DNA from: Myxococcota bacterium
GTDB taxonomy: Bacteria > Myxococcota_A > UBA9160 > UBA4427
NCBI GenBank assembly: GCA_965250285.1
Contig: OZ252299.1
Location: 4,608,001-4,672,000, forward strand
Direction: 5' to 3'
DNA length: 64,000 nt
Shown here: positions 41,231 through 51,555 of the stretch, one piece after another
How positions within the stretch are numbered: position 1 is the first letter of the stretch
Layout of the letters: every line of letters starts with the position of its first letter
The notes under the pieces: model-generated
What the model was told of the DNA's origin: nothing
What the model saw: the letters and a program-made list of their open reading frames with translations, nothing else
Databases searched by the model: none
Position numbers and translations under genes: made by a program

Positions 41231-42190
41231 ATGGACACCGAATCGAACAACGACGAGCGCCAGACGCGGACCGGCTTCGGCGGGTTCCTGCGCAGCCTAT
41301 TCGCCGGCATCCCGTGGAGCGAGAGCGCCCACACGGACGTCGAGATGACCCTCTTCGCGCCCTCGGGCCGCGAGATGCACGTCATGAATGCAAACGGCAA
41401 GATCCTGGTCGTCGGCGAGGACCGGACCGACATCGAGGTCTTCGCCCGCAAGCACGCCCGGGCCGAGTGCAGTGAAGCTGCCGGCGACCTGCTCGACTCG
41501 ATCGGGATCGAGCAGCAGGTCGTGAACGGCGTGCTCGAGCTCGAGGTCGTGATCCCGCGAAGCTGGAAGCGCCACGGCACGGCCGATCTCGTACTGCGCG
41601 TGCCACGTGACCTCGCCGTCCACGCCACGACCAGCAACGGCAAGATCTGCGCGAAGGGCCTGCGTTGCGTCTTTCACGCCCAGTCGAGCAACGGCTCGGT
41701 CAAGGTCGACGACATCGTCGGCGACGTCGACATCACCACCGCGAACGCCAAGGTCGTGTGCGGCTGCACGGTCGGGCGTCTGGTCGCGCGGTCGAGCAAC
41801 GGCAAGATCCAGGTCGGCGATCACCGCGGCGCCCTCGACGCCAGCACGTCGAACGGTCTGATCCACGCCCACCTGCACGAGCTCGCGAAGGAGGGCGTCC
41901 TGCTCGCGACCAGCAACGGTCGCATCGTGCTCGAGCTGCCCGTCGACCCCGACGCCGAGGTCGACGTGCGTGTCGACAACGGCGTGATCCGCAGCGACTT
42001 CGATCTCGGTCAGGGCGACTCCGAGGCCACCGGCGGCCGCGTTCGCGGCCGCATCGGGCGCGGCGGGGTGCCGATCCGGCTGCGAACGTCGAATGGCACG
42101 ATCTCACTGCGCGCCAGCGACGCGACGGTCGAGAACTCGCCGTGCGGGTGCGAGGAAGAAGAAGAGAAGCAGCAGGCGCGCTCGGCCTGA
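41231..42190 (+). CDS. DUF4097-like beta-strand repeat protein
   Basis: Repeated (T/S)SNG.I units. Confidence 0.8.
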   Translation: MDTESNNDERQTRTGFGGFLRSLFAGIPWSESAHTDVEMTLFAPSGREMHVMNANGKILVVGEDRTDIEVFARKHARAECSEAAGDLLDSIGIEQQVVNGVLELEVVIPRSWKRHGTADLVLRVPRDLAVHATTSNGKICAKGLRCVFHAQSSNGSVKVDDIVGDVDITTANAKVVCGCTVGRLVARSSNGKIQVGDHRGALDASTSNGLIHAHLHELAKEGVLLATSNGRIVLELPVDPDAEVDVRVDNGVIRSDFDLGQGDSEATGGRVRGRIGRGGVPIRLRTSNGTISLRASDATVENSPCGCEEEEEKQQARSA

Positions 42191-42272
42191 GCCGCACCGC
42201 TCGCGCGTCGCCGGCTCGCCCCGCGCGGGCTCCATCGCGCCCCGGCACGCGACGGCGCGGACACCCGCGATC

Positions 42273-44447
42273 TCACCACAAACCGCGCTGCCAGCCCCAG
42301 AACCGCAGGTTGCCGATCCACCGCCACCAGGCGGGCTCGCAGCGCTGCGCGATCGCCTGGCCGGCGGCGAGCCCCGACTGGGTCGCGGCCTCGACGTTGC
42401 CCGCATTGAACGCGGTCCGCGTCCAATCGCCGGCGACCGCCATGTTCTCGACCCCACACGCGCCCGGCTCGAGCCGAACCCTCGCGCTGCCCGGCATCGA
42501 CAGGACGTAGCGATCGGTCGGATCGATGTTGGCGCGCAGGGTCTGGGCGCGCAGGCGATCGGCGCCTTCGAGGCGCTGCTCGTCGTGCTCCGTCCAGGGC
42601 TGCACATGGAGCGCGTCCCAGTCGAAGCCCCCGTCGGCTGCCTCGAGCCGAGGCCACTGCACCGGCCCGAAGTGGTCGAGCCACTGCGTCACCTCGTCGC
42701 GCACCTGCTCGAGCGCAAGGCGAGGGACGTCGTGCTCCTTGCGATCGTACTCGAGCAGATTGCCCCTCAGTGGCCCACACAGGAAGTGGAGGCTGCGGGG
42801 CCCCGCCGAGCCCCAGTCCTCGGTCGCGAGGACACGACCCAGCTCGGTCGAGACGTAGAACGGGGCGCGCGTCTTGTCGCCCGCAGCTGGCCCCGCTGCC
42901 CACCCCAGGGCGTCGGCGGGCGCCTCCATCCAGAGCTGGACCGCCTGGGTCTGCACGGTCTTCAGTCGGTGCACCATCTCATACCAGGGTGAGGTCGACG
43001 CGCCTGCGAGGTCGGGGCAGATCTCTTCGAGCGCGCCGACCGAGATGCCCAAGATCACCTGATCGAAGTCGGTGCCGCGCTCGAGCGTGACGCGAGCGAC
43101 GTCCTTCCAGTCGGTCCAACGCGACTCGAGGTCGGCCCCTGATCGCTTCAGACTCTTTCCGCGCTTCAGCTGCGCGTAGTCGGGATGCGGTGGCCAGCTC
43201 TGCAGGCCGTCGCACTCGAAGATCGGGCGATAGGGCGTGCAGGCCTCCTTGACCTCGATCTGCTGGCCGAGGTGGATGGCCGTGACCTCGCTCCCTCGGA
43301 CCTCGATCTCGTCGACGCGGTGAAAGAACTCGAACTTCACGCCCGCGTCGCGCAGCGCCTTGTAGAGGGGCGCGACGACCACCTCGCCCATGCCGGCGTT
43401 CATCTCGTACCGAATGGCCCCGGCATAGCCGCCCGACGTCTGCAGCATGCCGTAGACGGCCACGCCCGCCGACAGCTGCCCGCGACCGAGCTCGTCGCCG
43501 TCGCGGCGGCCCGCCTCGTCGTCGTCGGTGGCGAAGCTGGCCTCGTAGAGCTCGCGCACGAGACCCGAATCGATCGCGAGGTCGAGCGCGCCGTGGCGAC
43601 GCAGCCAATCGCGAAAGTCGAGGGCGTCGATCGCCTCGGCACCCCGTTCGAAGACGCGGTCGGTGAGCAGGCCAAAGAGCACCGTCGCGCCGAGATCACT
43701 CATGATGAGCATGCGACGAATGGGCATGGGCTCGGGCGGATCCACCGGCTTCTCGAAGCGTGTCGCGTCGAATCGGTCACGGTAGGCGTCGAGGAGCCAG
43801 ACGAGCGCGCGGTGCTGCCCGGGGTCGTGTCGGCGCGGATCACGGCGCAACGAGCGGGCCAACAGGTGCGCGTGCTCCATCGGGCCGAGATCGGGCGACG
43901 GCACCCGGACGAGATGGCGCCGGATGTCCTCGGGGATGTCGTCGAGGGGATCGTCTTCGATCACGCCGGCGTCGACGAGCGGGGCTGTGAACTGCGCCAG
44001 CGCATCGAACCATTCGACCGCACACGTCCAGAGATTCGAAGCAGGCCGGCCCTTGCCCGGCACGCCCGACCGCAGCGGGTACTCGAGGATCCAGTCGGCC
44101 CACTCGCCGTCGACCTGCTCCATGCAGCGAAGCACCGTCTGGGGCGTGAATGCCTCTTCGACCGTGCCGAGCCTCGAGTGGCTCGACCAGTCGGCCCGCG
44201 CGTAGCAGTCGCGCAGCATGCGGAACGCGCTGTCGTAACAGCCGAGCCAGGTATGCGGGCCCCGAGCCTCGGTGCGGTGCGGCGGCCTTGGGTCGCGTCC
44301 GCTCGCGCACTTGCCGCCGAGACGCCAGCCCGGCTGGTAGACCGTCACGTCGTAGAGGGCCGAGAAGCCGGGGCGCTGCGTGAGCGCGAACGCGGCGGAG
44401 AGGGCGCCCATGCCGCCGCCCAGGATCGCAATTCTGTGTTTCGCCAT
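42273..44447 (-). CDS. FAD/NAD(P)-binding oxidoreductase
   Basis: IAILGGGMG, GWRLGGKCASGR, MNAGMGEVV, RANIDPTDRYV, AGDWTR. Confidence 0.85.
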   Translation of the reverse strand: MAKHRIAILGGGMGALSAAFALTQRPGFSALYDVTVYQPGWRLGGKCASGRDPRPPHRTEARGPHTWLGCYDSAFRMLRDCYARADWSSHSRLGTVEEAFTPQTVLRCMEQVDGEWADWILEYPLRSGVPGKGRPASNLWTCAVEWFDALAQFTAPLVDAGVIEDDPLDDIPEDIRRHLVRVPSPDLGPMEHAHLLARSLRRDPRRHDPGQHRALVWLLDAYRDRFDATRFEKPVDPPEPMPIRRMLIMSDLGATVLFGLLTDRVFERGAEAIDALDFRDWLRRHGALDLAIDSGLVRELYEASFATDDDEAGRRDGDELGRGQLSAGVAVYGMLQTSGGYAGAIRYEMNAGMGEVVVAPLYKALRDAGVKFEFFHRVDEIEVRGSEVTAIHLGQQIEVKEACTPYRPIFECDGLQSWPPHPDYAQLKRGKSLKRSGADLESRWTDWKDVARVTLERGTDFDQVILGISVGALEEICPDLAGASTSPWYEMVHRLKTVQTQAVQLWMEAPADALGWAAGPAAGDKTRAPFYVSTELGRVLATEDWGSAGPRSLHFLCGPLRGNLLEYDRKEHDVPRLALEQVRDEVTQWLDHFGPVQWPRLEAADGGFDWDALHVQPWTEHDEQRLEGADRLRAQTLRANIDPTDRYVLSMPGSARVRLEPGACGVENMAVAGDWTRTAFNAGNVEAATQSGLAAGQAIAQRCEPAWWRWIGNLRFWGWQRGLW

Positions 44448-44718
44448 TTCGTGACCTCGGACACAGATATCCTGCCAAACTCTTGGCTTCGGCGGGCCAC
44501 TTTGGCGACGGCCTGCCCCGGCGGGCCCCGACGCCGCGCGAGCGCCGTCTGCCTGGGCCAGCGGCTCCCGGGGCGGCTCTCACGTCGCGAGGCCCACTCA
44601 GATTGGATGCCAGCGTGATTCGAGATCATTCTCGCGCGGGATCGCGGGTGCGCGGGGCACCGCCCGTCCGAGCCGCCCAACACCCGAATCTGGACACGTC
44701 CGGGCCGACTGGCGGCGC

Positions 44719-45867
44719 TCAGCGCCCTACGCGGTGGGTGACTGTGACACCGCCGCGCTTCATCACGACCGAAGAGGGGGTGATCTGCTCGACGGTGTAG
44801 CCCTCGACCGTGTCGGCTTCGCGCACCTCGAGCGGCCCTTCGGCACCCGACACGGCGATGCGCGCCCAGCGCCGCGCCGGCGTGGGATGCCAGACCGTCT
44901 TCAGCACCTCGACCTCGAGCCGCTCTTCGGGCGCAGGCACCACGACCTCGGCCAGCTTCGGCGCCGACCCGGTCGCTTCAGCCGCCGGCGGCTAGACGGC
45001 GCCCGTGCCCTCGGCTGCCGCATCGGCGGCGGGCTCGACCGAGCTCGCGCGCGACGCGGCGGGCGCGGGGGGCGGCGAGGTCTCGACCGGCGCGGGCGCG
45101 GGGGGCGGCGAGGTCTCGACCGGCGCGGGCGCGGGCGCGCGCGAAGTCTCGACCGGCGCGGCCGGGAGCGCGACCACCGGCAGGTCGTCGATCTCGACGC
45201 CCCTCGGACCCTTGCTCGGCGGACCGGCGGCCACGGCGGACGGCGCAGCGCTCGGCGTATCTGCGGCGCGCGACTCGCCCTCACCGTCCTCGCTGCCGGC
45301 GACCGCGGCCGCTTCCCACGGATCGGGCGCGGCTGCACGTGCGGTCGGCGTCGCACCCGACCCGGTCGGCGTCGCACCCGACCCGGTCGGCGCAGCGCCC
45401 GAGCCGGTGGGCGCAGCGCCCGACTCCGTTCGCGCAGCGCCCGACCCGGCCTGCGCCGGGACCGAGACGGCGGCCACTTCGGCCGAAGCGCTCGGTGGCA
45501 TCGCCCCCCGACCGACGGGCTCGACGCCGAGCACGGGCTCGAAATCGAGCACCGGCTCGACGCCGAGCACCGGCTCGGGGCGCTGCGTCGGCCGCGCGAT
45601 CGGCTGCGGCCCGGTTGCGACGCCGGGCCCTTCGGCCACGGTCGACCCACCGTCGGTCGCCGTGTAGAGCCCGACGCCCAGGCCGATCGCGAACATCACC
45701 GCCACGCCTGCGACCACGAGCCAGACGGTCGATCCGCCTGAGAAGCCGGTCGCCGGTCGAATCATCGGCTCGGGCGCCGGAGCCAGCGGGTCGTGTGCGC
45801 GCTGGGCTGCGGCGTCGGTCTCCTTGTCGCGTTCGAGCTTCTTCAACGCTTCGAGGATCGTACTCAT
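44719..45867 (-). pseudogene. GspB/ExeB-like membrane protein interrupted by an in-frame TAG at 44992-44994
   Basis: MSTILEALKK N-terminus, TM helix, Pro/Ala-rich linker. The ORF 44719..44943 (VREADTVEG..VEQITPSSVV) lies in the same frame after the TAG. ATGA overlap with the exeA-like gene. Confidence 0.65.
45057..45575. repeat. Coding tandem repeats in the GspB-like linker
   Basis: 33-bp units (PAPVETSPPPA), 21-bp units (PTGSGAT/A, about 5 copies) and 18-bp units (PVLGVE). Confidence 0.8.
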
Positions 45868-47747
45868 CCGGCGCCCCCGGCGCGCAGATGGGGCCGTGCA
45901 CTGCGCCCCAGCGCATCGCCCATGCGCATGAGCGTGATCGGGCCGGTGATGCCGTCCTCGCGCAGACCATGCGCGCGCTGGAACCGCTCGACACCCACGC
46001 GTGTGGCGGCGTCGTATACGGCGGGCTCGTCGATCGGCGCGCGACTCGGCTCAGCGAGATAGCCGAGCTCGACCAGCGCCGTCTGCAGCCAACGCACCGG
46101 CAGGCCCTCCGAGCCCGATCGCAGCATCGGAGGCCCTTCGATGCGGATGCCCGGTGACCAGACCACGTGGGCCCGACCCGTGAAGCGCGCTTCGATCGCA
46201 TCGATCGAGACGCCGATGGGCCCGCGGTCGACGACGCCGCCGACGAACGCGACGGTCGGCCTCAGCTCGACCAGCGCCAGCCAACGCGCCTCGTCGTCGG
46301 CGTCGCGGATCTCGATGAGCGTCGGGTGATCGAGTCGCGCGAGTTCATCGAGACTCGCCGCCAGCACCGTGTGCACCGCGAGGCCTTCCTCGCGCAGCCG
46401 CGCGAGCGCCAGGGCCTCGGTCTCAGCGTCGATGCCATCCGCCGGGCGACCCCACAGCTGCAGGATCTCACTCACGGCCAGGGCGCGACTCGCGCTGGGT
46501 TCGACCGAGGCGAGCAGAAGGGACAGGAAGGGCGCGTCCTGCGCTTCGCCCCCGCCTCGCGGCGCGCTCGCGGCCGACGGAGGCGCTTCGGCGGGCTCGA
46601 GATCGATCGCGGCACGCGCGCGCGCCGAATCCGCCGTAGCGACGGCCGGCGTCACCTCGAAGACCTCGCCGAGCCTTTCGGCCGGCGGTTCGAGCGGAGC
46701 CGGCCTTCGGGCCGAAACCGAAGGCAGGGCCTCGTTCGCGCCGGTGGCGCGCGGTTCGATCACACCGCTCGAAACCGGCGGCGTCTCGCCCCCGAACGCA
46801 GACGGCGCATCGCCCGGCTCGCGGCCGAGCTCGAGCCAGAGTGCGCCGCCGAGCACCGCGGCGGCCACGACGGCGGCGACCGGCAGCCACCATCGCCAGG
46901 CGGGGCGTCGAGATCGGCGACGCTTGAACGACTCGTCCTGCAGATCGCGAATCTCGCGCGCCGCCTGCTTCACGAGGCCGGCGTCGATCTGCGCCACCTC
47001 GGCGCCGAAGCCCGCGAGCAGCGCGCGATCGCAGAGCACGTTCACGAGGCGCGGCACGCCTCCGGTGCGACGATGCACCTCGTCGAGGGCGGCATCGGAG
47101 AAGAGCGCGGCACGATCGGCGCCGGCGGCGACGCGCAGGCGGTGGCGCACGTACTGCGCGGTCTCGGCCGCCGTCATGGGGGACAGCTGCCAACGCACAC
47201 CGATGCGCTGACGCAGCTGGCGAAGCTCGTCGCTATCGAGCTTGTCGCCGAGCTCGGGCTGACCGAGCAAGATGATCTGGATCAGCTTCGAGGTCGTCGT
47301 CTCGAGATTCGACAGCAGGCGAATCTGCTCGAGCGTGCTCGTCGAGAGGTTCTGCGCCTCGTCGACGATCAACACGACGCGCTTCGACTCGCGGTTCTTG
47401 TCGAGCAAGAACTGATTGAGCTGCGACAGCAGCTCGCGACGCGAGCGTCCCGATGCGGGCAGCCCGAACTCTTCGTTCACGCTCTGCAGCATCTCGTCGG
47501 CACTGCCCGATGGATTGAACAGAAACGCCAGCTCGGTCTCGACGCCGAGTCGCTCGAGCAACGTGCGGCAGATCGTCGTCTTGCCCGTGCCGACCTCGCC
47601 GGCCACGACGATGAAGCCCTCGCCCTGCTCGAGGCCGTACAACAAATGGGCGAGCGCCTCCCGATGGCTCTCGGCCAGGAAGAGGAAGCGCGGATTGGGT
47701 GTGAGCGAGAACGGCTTCTCGCGAAGTCCGTAGAACGCGGTATACAT
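45864..47747 (-). CDS. GspA/ExeA-family AAA ATPase with C-terminal peptidoglycan-binding domain
   Basis: MYTAFYGLREKPFSLTPNP, GEVGTGKT, IVDEAQ, GQPEL, GVPRLVN.LCDRALL; TM helix; WLQ..L, FQRAHGL..DGI.GP.T. Confidence 0.9.
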   Translation of the reverse strand: MYTAFYGLREKPFSLTPNPRFLFLAESHREALAHLLYGLEQGEGFIVVAGEVGTGKTTICRTLLERLGVETELAFLFNPSGSADEMLQSVNEEFGLPASGRSRRELLSQLNQFLLDKNRESKRVVLIVDEAQNLSTSTLEQIRLLSNLETTTSKLIQIILLGQPELGDKLDSDELRQLRQRIGVRWQLSPMTAAETAQYVRHRLRVAAGADRAALFSDAALDEVHRRTGGVPRLVNVLCDRALLAGFGAEVAQIDAGLVKQAAREIRDLQDESFKRRRSRRPAWRWWLPVAAVVAAAVLGGALWLELGREPGDAPSAFGGETPPVSSGVIEPRATGANEALPSVSARRPAPLEPPAERLGEVFEVTPAVATADSARARAAIDLEPAEAPPSAASAPRGGGEAQDAPFLSLLLASVEPSASRALAVSEILQLWGRPADGIDAETEALALARLREEGLAVHTVLAASLDELARLDHPTLIEIRDADDEARWLALVELRPTVAFVGGVVDRGPIGVSIDAIEARFTGRAHVVWSPGIRIEGPPMLRSGSEGLPVRWLQTALVELGYLAEPSRAPIDEPAVYDAATRVGVERFQRAHGLREDGITGPITLMRMGDALGRSARPHLRAGGAG

Positions 47748-47779
47748 GGCGAATCCAACCGGGGCGCGAGTGTAACCCA

Positions 47780-48679
47780 TTGAATCCCCAGCAAGAAAAC
47801 GACTCGAAGGCCCACGAAGGAACCGCGATCGGCGTCGACGCCGGCGCGACCCTCGCCAAGCTGGCGGTGCGCCGCGGCGACGGTGACGTGCGCTACGAGA
47901 CACTCGGATCGGGCCATGTCGACGACGTCCTCGGCGCGATCGCGCGCGTCGAGCCCGACCGCATCGGGCTCACGGGCTGCGGGGCCCGCGCCATCGCGAC
48001 CCGCTGCGCCGAGCGCGGTGCGACCGGCGCCGGGCGGTTCCAGGAGTTCGACGCCTGGGGTGCCGGCGCCCGTGCGCAGCTCGGCGACGCATCGGCCGAC
48101 GGCTTCGACGAGGCCGAGCCCTATCTGCTGATCTCGCTCGGCACCGGCACCTCGGTGATGCGCGTGGCCGGCGGCGAAGTGATGCGCGTCGGCGGGACCG
48201 CCCTGGGCGGCGGCACCGTGCTCGGCCTCGGCACGGCGCTGACCGGCTGCGAGAGCTTCGCCGAGCTGTGCGATCTGGCCGGGCGCGGAGACGCCGCGCG
48301 GGTCGACCTGCGCGTGCGCGACATCTACGAAGAGGGCGAGATCCCGCTGCCGGGCGAGGTGACCGCCTCGGCGTTCGGCCAGCTCTCACGCTGGCTGGCC
48401 GAGGGTCGCGACGCAGCCGGCGCCCCGCGCCGCGAAGATCTCGCGGTCGGCGTCATGAGCCTCGTCGCCGAGAACGTCGGACTCGTCTGCGCCGGCATCA
48501 CGGCGATGACACAGACGCCGCGCTGGGTCTTCGGCGGCGGAACGCTCACCGACAATCCGGTGCTGCAGAAGATTCTCGTGCGCGTCGGCACGAACATGGG
48601 CATGGAGACGCGCCTGCTGCCCGATGGCGGCCACGCCGGTGCGCGGGGCGCCCTCGAGCTGCTCGACGCGTCGCGCTGA
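47780..48679 (+). CDS. Type II (fumble-family) pantothenate kinase
   Basis: GVDAGATLAK, EFDAW..G, LISLGTGTS, RVGGTALGGGT.LGL, VDL.V.DIY, ASAFG. Confidence 0.85.
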   Translation: MNPQQENDSKAHEGTAIGVDAGATLAKLAVRRGDGDVRYETLGSGHVDDVLGAIARVEPDRIGLTGCGARAIATRCAERGATGAGRFQEFDAWGAGARAQLGDASADGFDEAEPYLLISLGTGTSVMRVAGGEVMRVGGTALGGGTVLGLGTALTGCESFAELCDLAGRGDAARVDLRVRDIYEEGEIPLPGEVTASAFGQLSRWLAEGRDAAGAPRREDLAVGVMSLVAENVGLVCAGITAMTQTPRWVFGGGTLTDNPVLQKILVRVGTNMGMETRLLPDGGHAGARGALELLDASR

Positions 48680-48688
48680 GCGGTCGAC

Positions 48689-50140
48689 TCAGGCGTTCGG
48701 GTCGCGGAGCGCCGGCTCGGTGGGGCCGTCTTCTTCGCCCCGCGTCAGATTGCGCACCGCGCGCTGGGTGCGCGCGATGGCCGCGCGCTGCACACGCAGC
48801 TCTTCGGTCTGCGCCGCCACCTGTCGTTCGAGGCGCTCGCGCGCTTCGGACTGCTCGTCGAGGCGGCTCTCGAGGGCCGCGATGCGCTGCTCGAACTGCT
48901 GGATGAGCTTGGCCATTTCTTCCTCCGAGATCTCTTCTTCGTCGTCTTCGGTCGCGAAGACGGGGCCCGCGTCGGCGGGGGTCGGCACGGCGTCGGTCGC
49001 GAGGCCGTCCTCCTCCTGCACCAGCGCGAAGGGCTCTTCTTCGCCCTCCTCGCCCTGGGCGGTGATCGTGGTCTGCGCCAGGTCGGGCTCGACCTGGGCT
49101 TCGGACACCTCTTCAACGGCGCCCTCGGGCATCTCGTCGACGAGGGCGTCGAGGGTGAGCTGGGGCCCGCCGTCGCTCGTCGCCTCGGTCTCTTGCTCGG
49201 GCTCGGCGATCGGTTCGGCATCGGTCAGACCGGCGAAGGGGCTCGGCCCGTCGTCGTCGGCCAGCTCTTCTTCGTCGTCGGCAGCGCGCCCGCCGCGCAG
49301 CTTCAGGAACGCGAACGCGCCGATGCCCACGAGCGCAGCGACCCCCACGAAGCCGAGCAGCGTGCCCATCCCGCCGCCTTCTTCTTCGACGACGGGCGGT
49401 GTGGGCGTGGGCGTGCGCGAAGGCGTCGGGGCAGGCGTGGGCACGCTTCGAGGCGGATCGACGCGGTCGTTCTGGCCCATGGTCGCCATCGAGCCCTCGC
49501 TGGGCTCGGCGGTCGCCCCGTCGGGCGGCGGAAGCAACGGATCGTCGTCGGGCGGCGCCAGCAGGTCGTCGTCGAGACCGCCGACCTCTTCTTCTTCGAC
49601 GATGACGTCGGCTTCGACCTCGGGCTCCGGCTCCGGCTCGGGTGCCGGCGGCGGCGGGGCCGGCTCGGGCTCGGGCTTCGGCACGGGCTTGGGCTTCGGA
49701 GCGGGCTTGGGAGCGGGCTTGGGCTTCGGGGCCGGCGCGGCCGCGGTCGGGTCGATCACGTCGAGCACCACACGATACGGGTTCGACATGATGCGTTCTT
49801 TGACGACGAGACCCGAGCGCTTGAGCTCGATGCGGGCCACGGCCTGCCGGCCGTCGGGCTGCACGCGCACGAGGCCGAGGAGCGACTTGCGCGGCGCCTG
49901 GACCTTCCGCGGGATCGACGTGGCCTGCAGGATCACGACCAGCTCTTCGCCGCCGTTCGTCGGCGCCCCCTTCGAGAGCTGGTAGCCCGCGGCGGCGTCG
50001 AGCTCGAAGACGACGCGGGTGAACGTCGGGTGCTGTCCGACGCGCACGTCGATGATCTCGGCCGCAAGAGCGGCCGACGCGAGCGTGGTGAAGAGAAGGA
50101 CGAAGGCAGAAAACGCGACGGCACGTGCGCCAACCCGCAC
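48689..50140 (-). CDS. AMIN-domain single-pass membrane protein with Pro-rich linker, acidic region and coiled coil (start uncertain)
   Basis: Signal peptide; DVRVGQHPTFTRVVFEL ... NPYRVVLDV; PKP/PEP repeats; TM helix; E/D-rich tail; heptad-like C-terminus. Confidence 0.75.
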   Translation of the reverse strand: MRVGARAVAFSAFVLLFTTLASAALAAEIIDVRVGQHPTFTRVVFELDAAAGYQLSKGAPTNGGEELVVILQATSIPRKVQAPRKSLLGLVRVQPDGRQAVARIELKRSGLVVKERIMSNPYRVVLDVIDPTAAAPAPKPKPAPKPAPKPKPVPKPEPEPAPPPPAPEPEPEPEVEADVIVEEEEVGGLDDDLLAPPDDDPLLPPPDGATAEPSEGSMATMGQNDRVDPPRSVPTPAPTPSRTPTPTPPVVEEEGGGMGTLLGFVGVAALVGIGAFAFLKLRGGRAADDEEELADDDGPSPFAGLTDAEPIAEPEQETEATSDGGPQLTLDALVDEMPEGAVEEVSEAQVEPDLAQTTITAQGEEGEEEPFALVQEEDGLATDAVPTPADAGPVFATEDDEEEISEEEMAKLIQQFEQRIAALESRLDEQSEARERLERQVAAQTEELRVQRAAIARTQRAVRNLTRGEEDGPTEPALRDPNA

Positions 50141-50406
50141 CGCCTCGCGTCGCGAGACGGGACGCTGGCCCACGGCTTCGCCGCGGAGTCGCCCCCGGAA
50201 CACGCGCTTCAAGCCTGCGCCCCCCAGCACGGCAGAAATGCTGCATCCGTAGCTCGGTCGTCGGGCGAGGATCGGCAACTCGACCCCCAAACCCCCCGAA
50301 AGAGCTGAACCGTGTGGCAACCGTAACACGCTCCCCCCGAGGCGTCGATCGGTGAATGCCTGGGAATTCGCGATTCAGCGCTCGGAGCACCGCCGGCGGG
50401 ACCGGC

Positions 50407-51555
50407 TCAGGTGGCGAAGACGACCTCGAGCGTGTCGCCGCGCAGATCGGCTCGCTCGATGGCGCGCCCTTCCAACGAGGCGGGCAGACTCACGCGCCGC
50501 CGCGCGTCGCGGATGCGCACGTGCAGCTCGGGCCCGGCCAGCTTGACGTCGACGTCGCCCTTCTCGGCACCGACCAGCTCGATGCGCAGCACGAGCTTCT
50601 CCCCCACACGCACGACTTCGAACGGGCGACCCCGAGCGAGCAGCGCCGCCGGATCGCGCTCGCCAAACGTCGCCTCGCCGAGCCGCCGCAGCGCATCCAC
50701 ACCGATCGGCTCGCGCTCGCGCAGCGGCGCCTCGAAGAGCGGCACCGGGAACGACTCGCGGATCGCCGCGAGCTCGTGGCGCTCGCGCTCGGCCCAGCGC
50801 GCGAAGTAGCCGCTCGTGGCCTCGCTCGGCAGCACCCGATTGACGAGCACTCCATCGGTGGCGACGCCGTAGAGCGACAGATACGAGAACGAGCGTCGCG
50901 TCTCGTCGACGACGATGCGCGCCGGGTTCACGACGAGTCGGGCGCTGGTGCGGTCGTTGTCGAGCAGGATCTGGCGAACGTCGTCGACCTCGAGATACAG
51001 CCGCTCGAAGGCGTCGAAGAACGCCTCACCCGGAACGAGGCCTGCGCCGCCCACCTTCCTCAGCAGACGCGCGCCCTGGCGCTCGAGCACGAAGAACCGA
51101 TCCATGAAGACGCGCAGCGCATCGGGAAAGCGCAGCATGCGAAGCGTCGCGCCCGTCGGCGCACAGTCGACGACGCAGGTGTCGAACTCGCCCGTCGCCT
51201 CGACCTCGCGCACGGCGCGGAGTGACACGAGCTCTTCCATGCCGGGGAAGACGAGCAGCTCTTCGGCGACGACGTCGTCGGTCTCTTCGCGCATCAGCGC
51301 GCGAAGCCACTCCTGAATCTCGGACCAGGCGCGGTCGAGCTCGTCGAGCACGCCGACCTCCTGGGCGACGACGTTCTCGGCGATCTCGCGCGGGCGCGCA
51401 CCGACCGGCTCACCCAGGGCGTCGCCCAGGCTGTGCGCCGCGTCGGTCGACAGCACGAACACGCGATGCCCGTGCTCTGCCGCGGCCAGCGCCGTCGCGA
51501 GCGAGAGGCTCGTCTTGCCAACGCCGCCCTTGCCGGTGTGCAGCAGCACCCGCAT
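50407..51555 (-). CDS. ArsA/Get3-family ATPase with HSP20-like C-terminus
   Basis: TGKGGVGKT, STDAAHSLGD, PGMEE, DCAPTG.TLR.L.FP, VNR. Confidence 0.9.
   Translation of the reverse strand: MRVLLHTGKGGVGKTSLSLATALAAAEHGHRVFVLSTDAAHSLGDALGEPVGARPREIAENVVAQEVGVLDELDRAWSEIQEWLRALMREETDDVVAEELLVFPGMEELVSLRAVREVEATGEFDTCVVDCAPTGATLRMLRFPDALRVFMDRFFVLERQGARLLRKVGGAGLVPGEAFFDAFERLYLEVDDVRQILLDNDRTSARLVVNPARIVVDETRRSFSYLSLYGVATDGVLVNRVLPSEATSGYFARWAERERHELAAIRESFPVPLFEAPLREREPIGVDALRRLGEATFGERDPAALLARGRPFEVVRVGEKLVLRIELVGAEKGDVDVKLAGPELHVRIRDARRRVSLPASLEGRAIERADLRGDTLEVVFAT

Noticed and set aside
45057..45575. CRISPR-like repeat array
   Set aside because: The units are contiguous multiples of three within a coding linker, with no spacers and no cas genes.
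49620..49740. PKPA/PEP repeats suggesting TonB
   Set aside because: No TonB C-terminal domain, and the topology (signal, AMIN, linker, TM) differs.
50313..50328. CRP/FNR-like site TGTGG-N6-TAACA
   Set aside because: Two mismatches to consensus and no supporting context.
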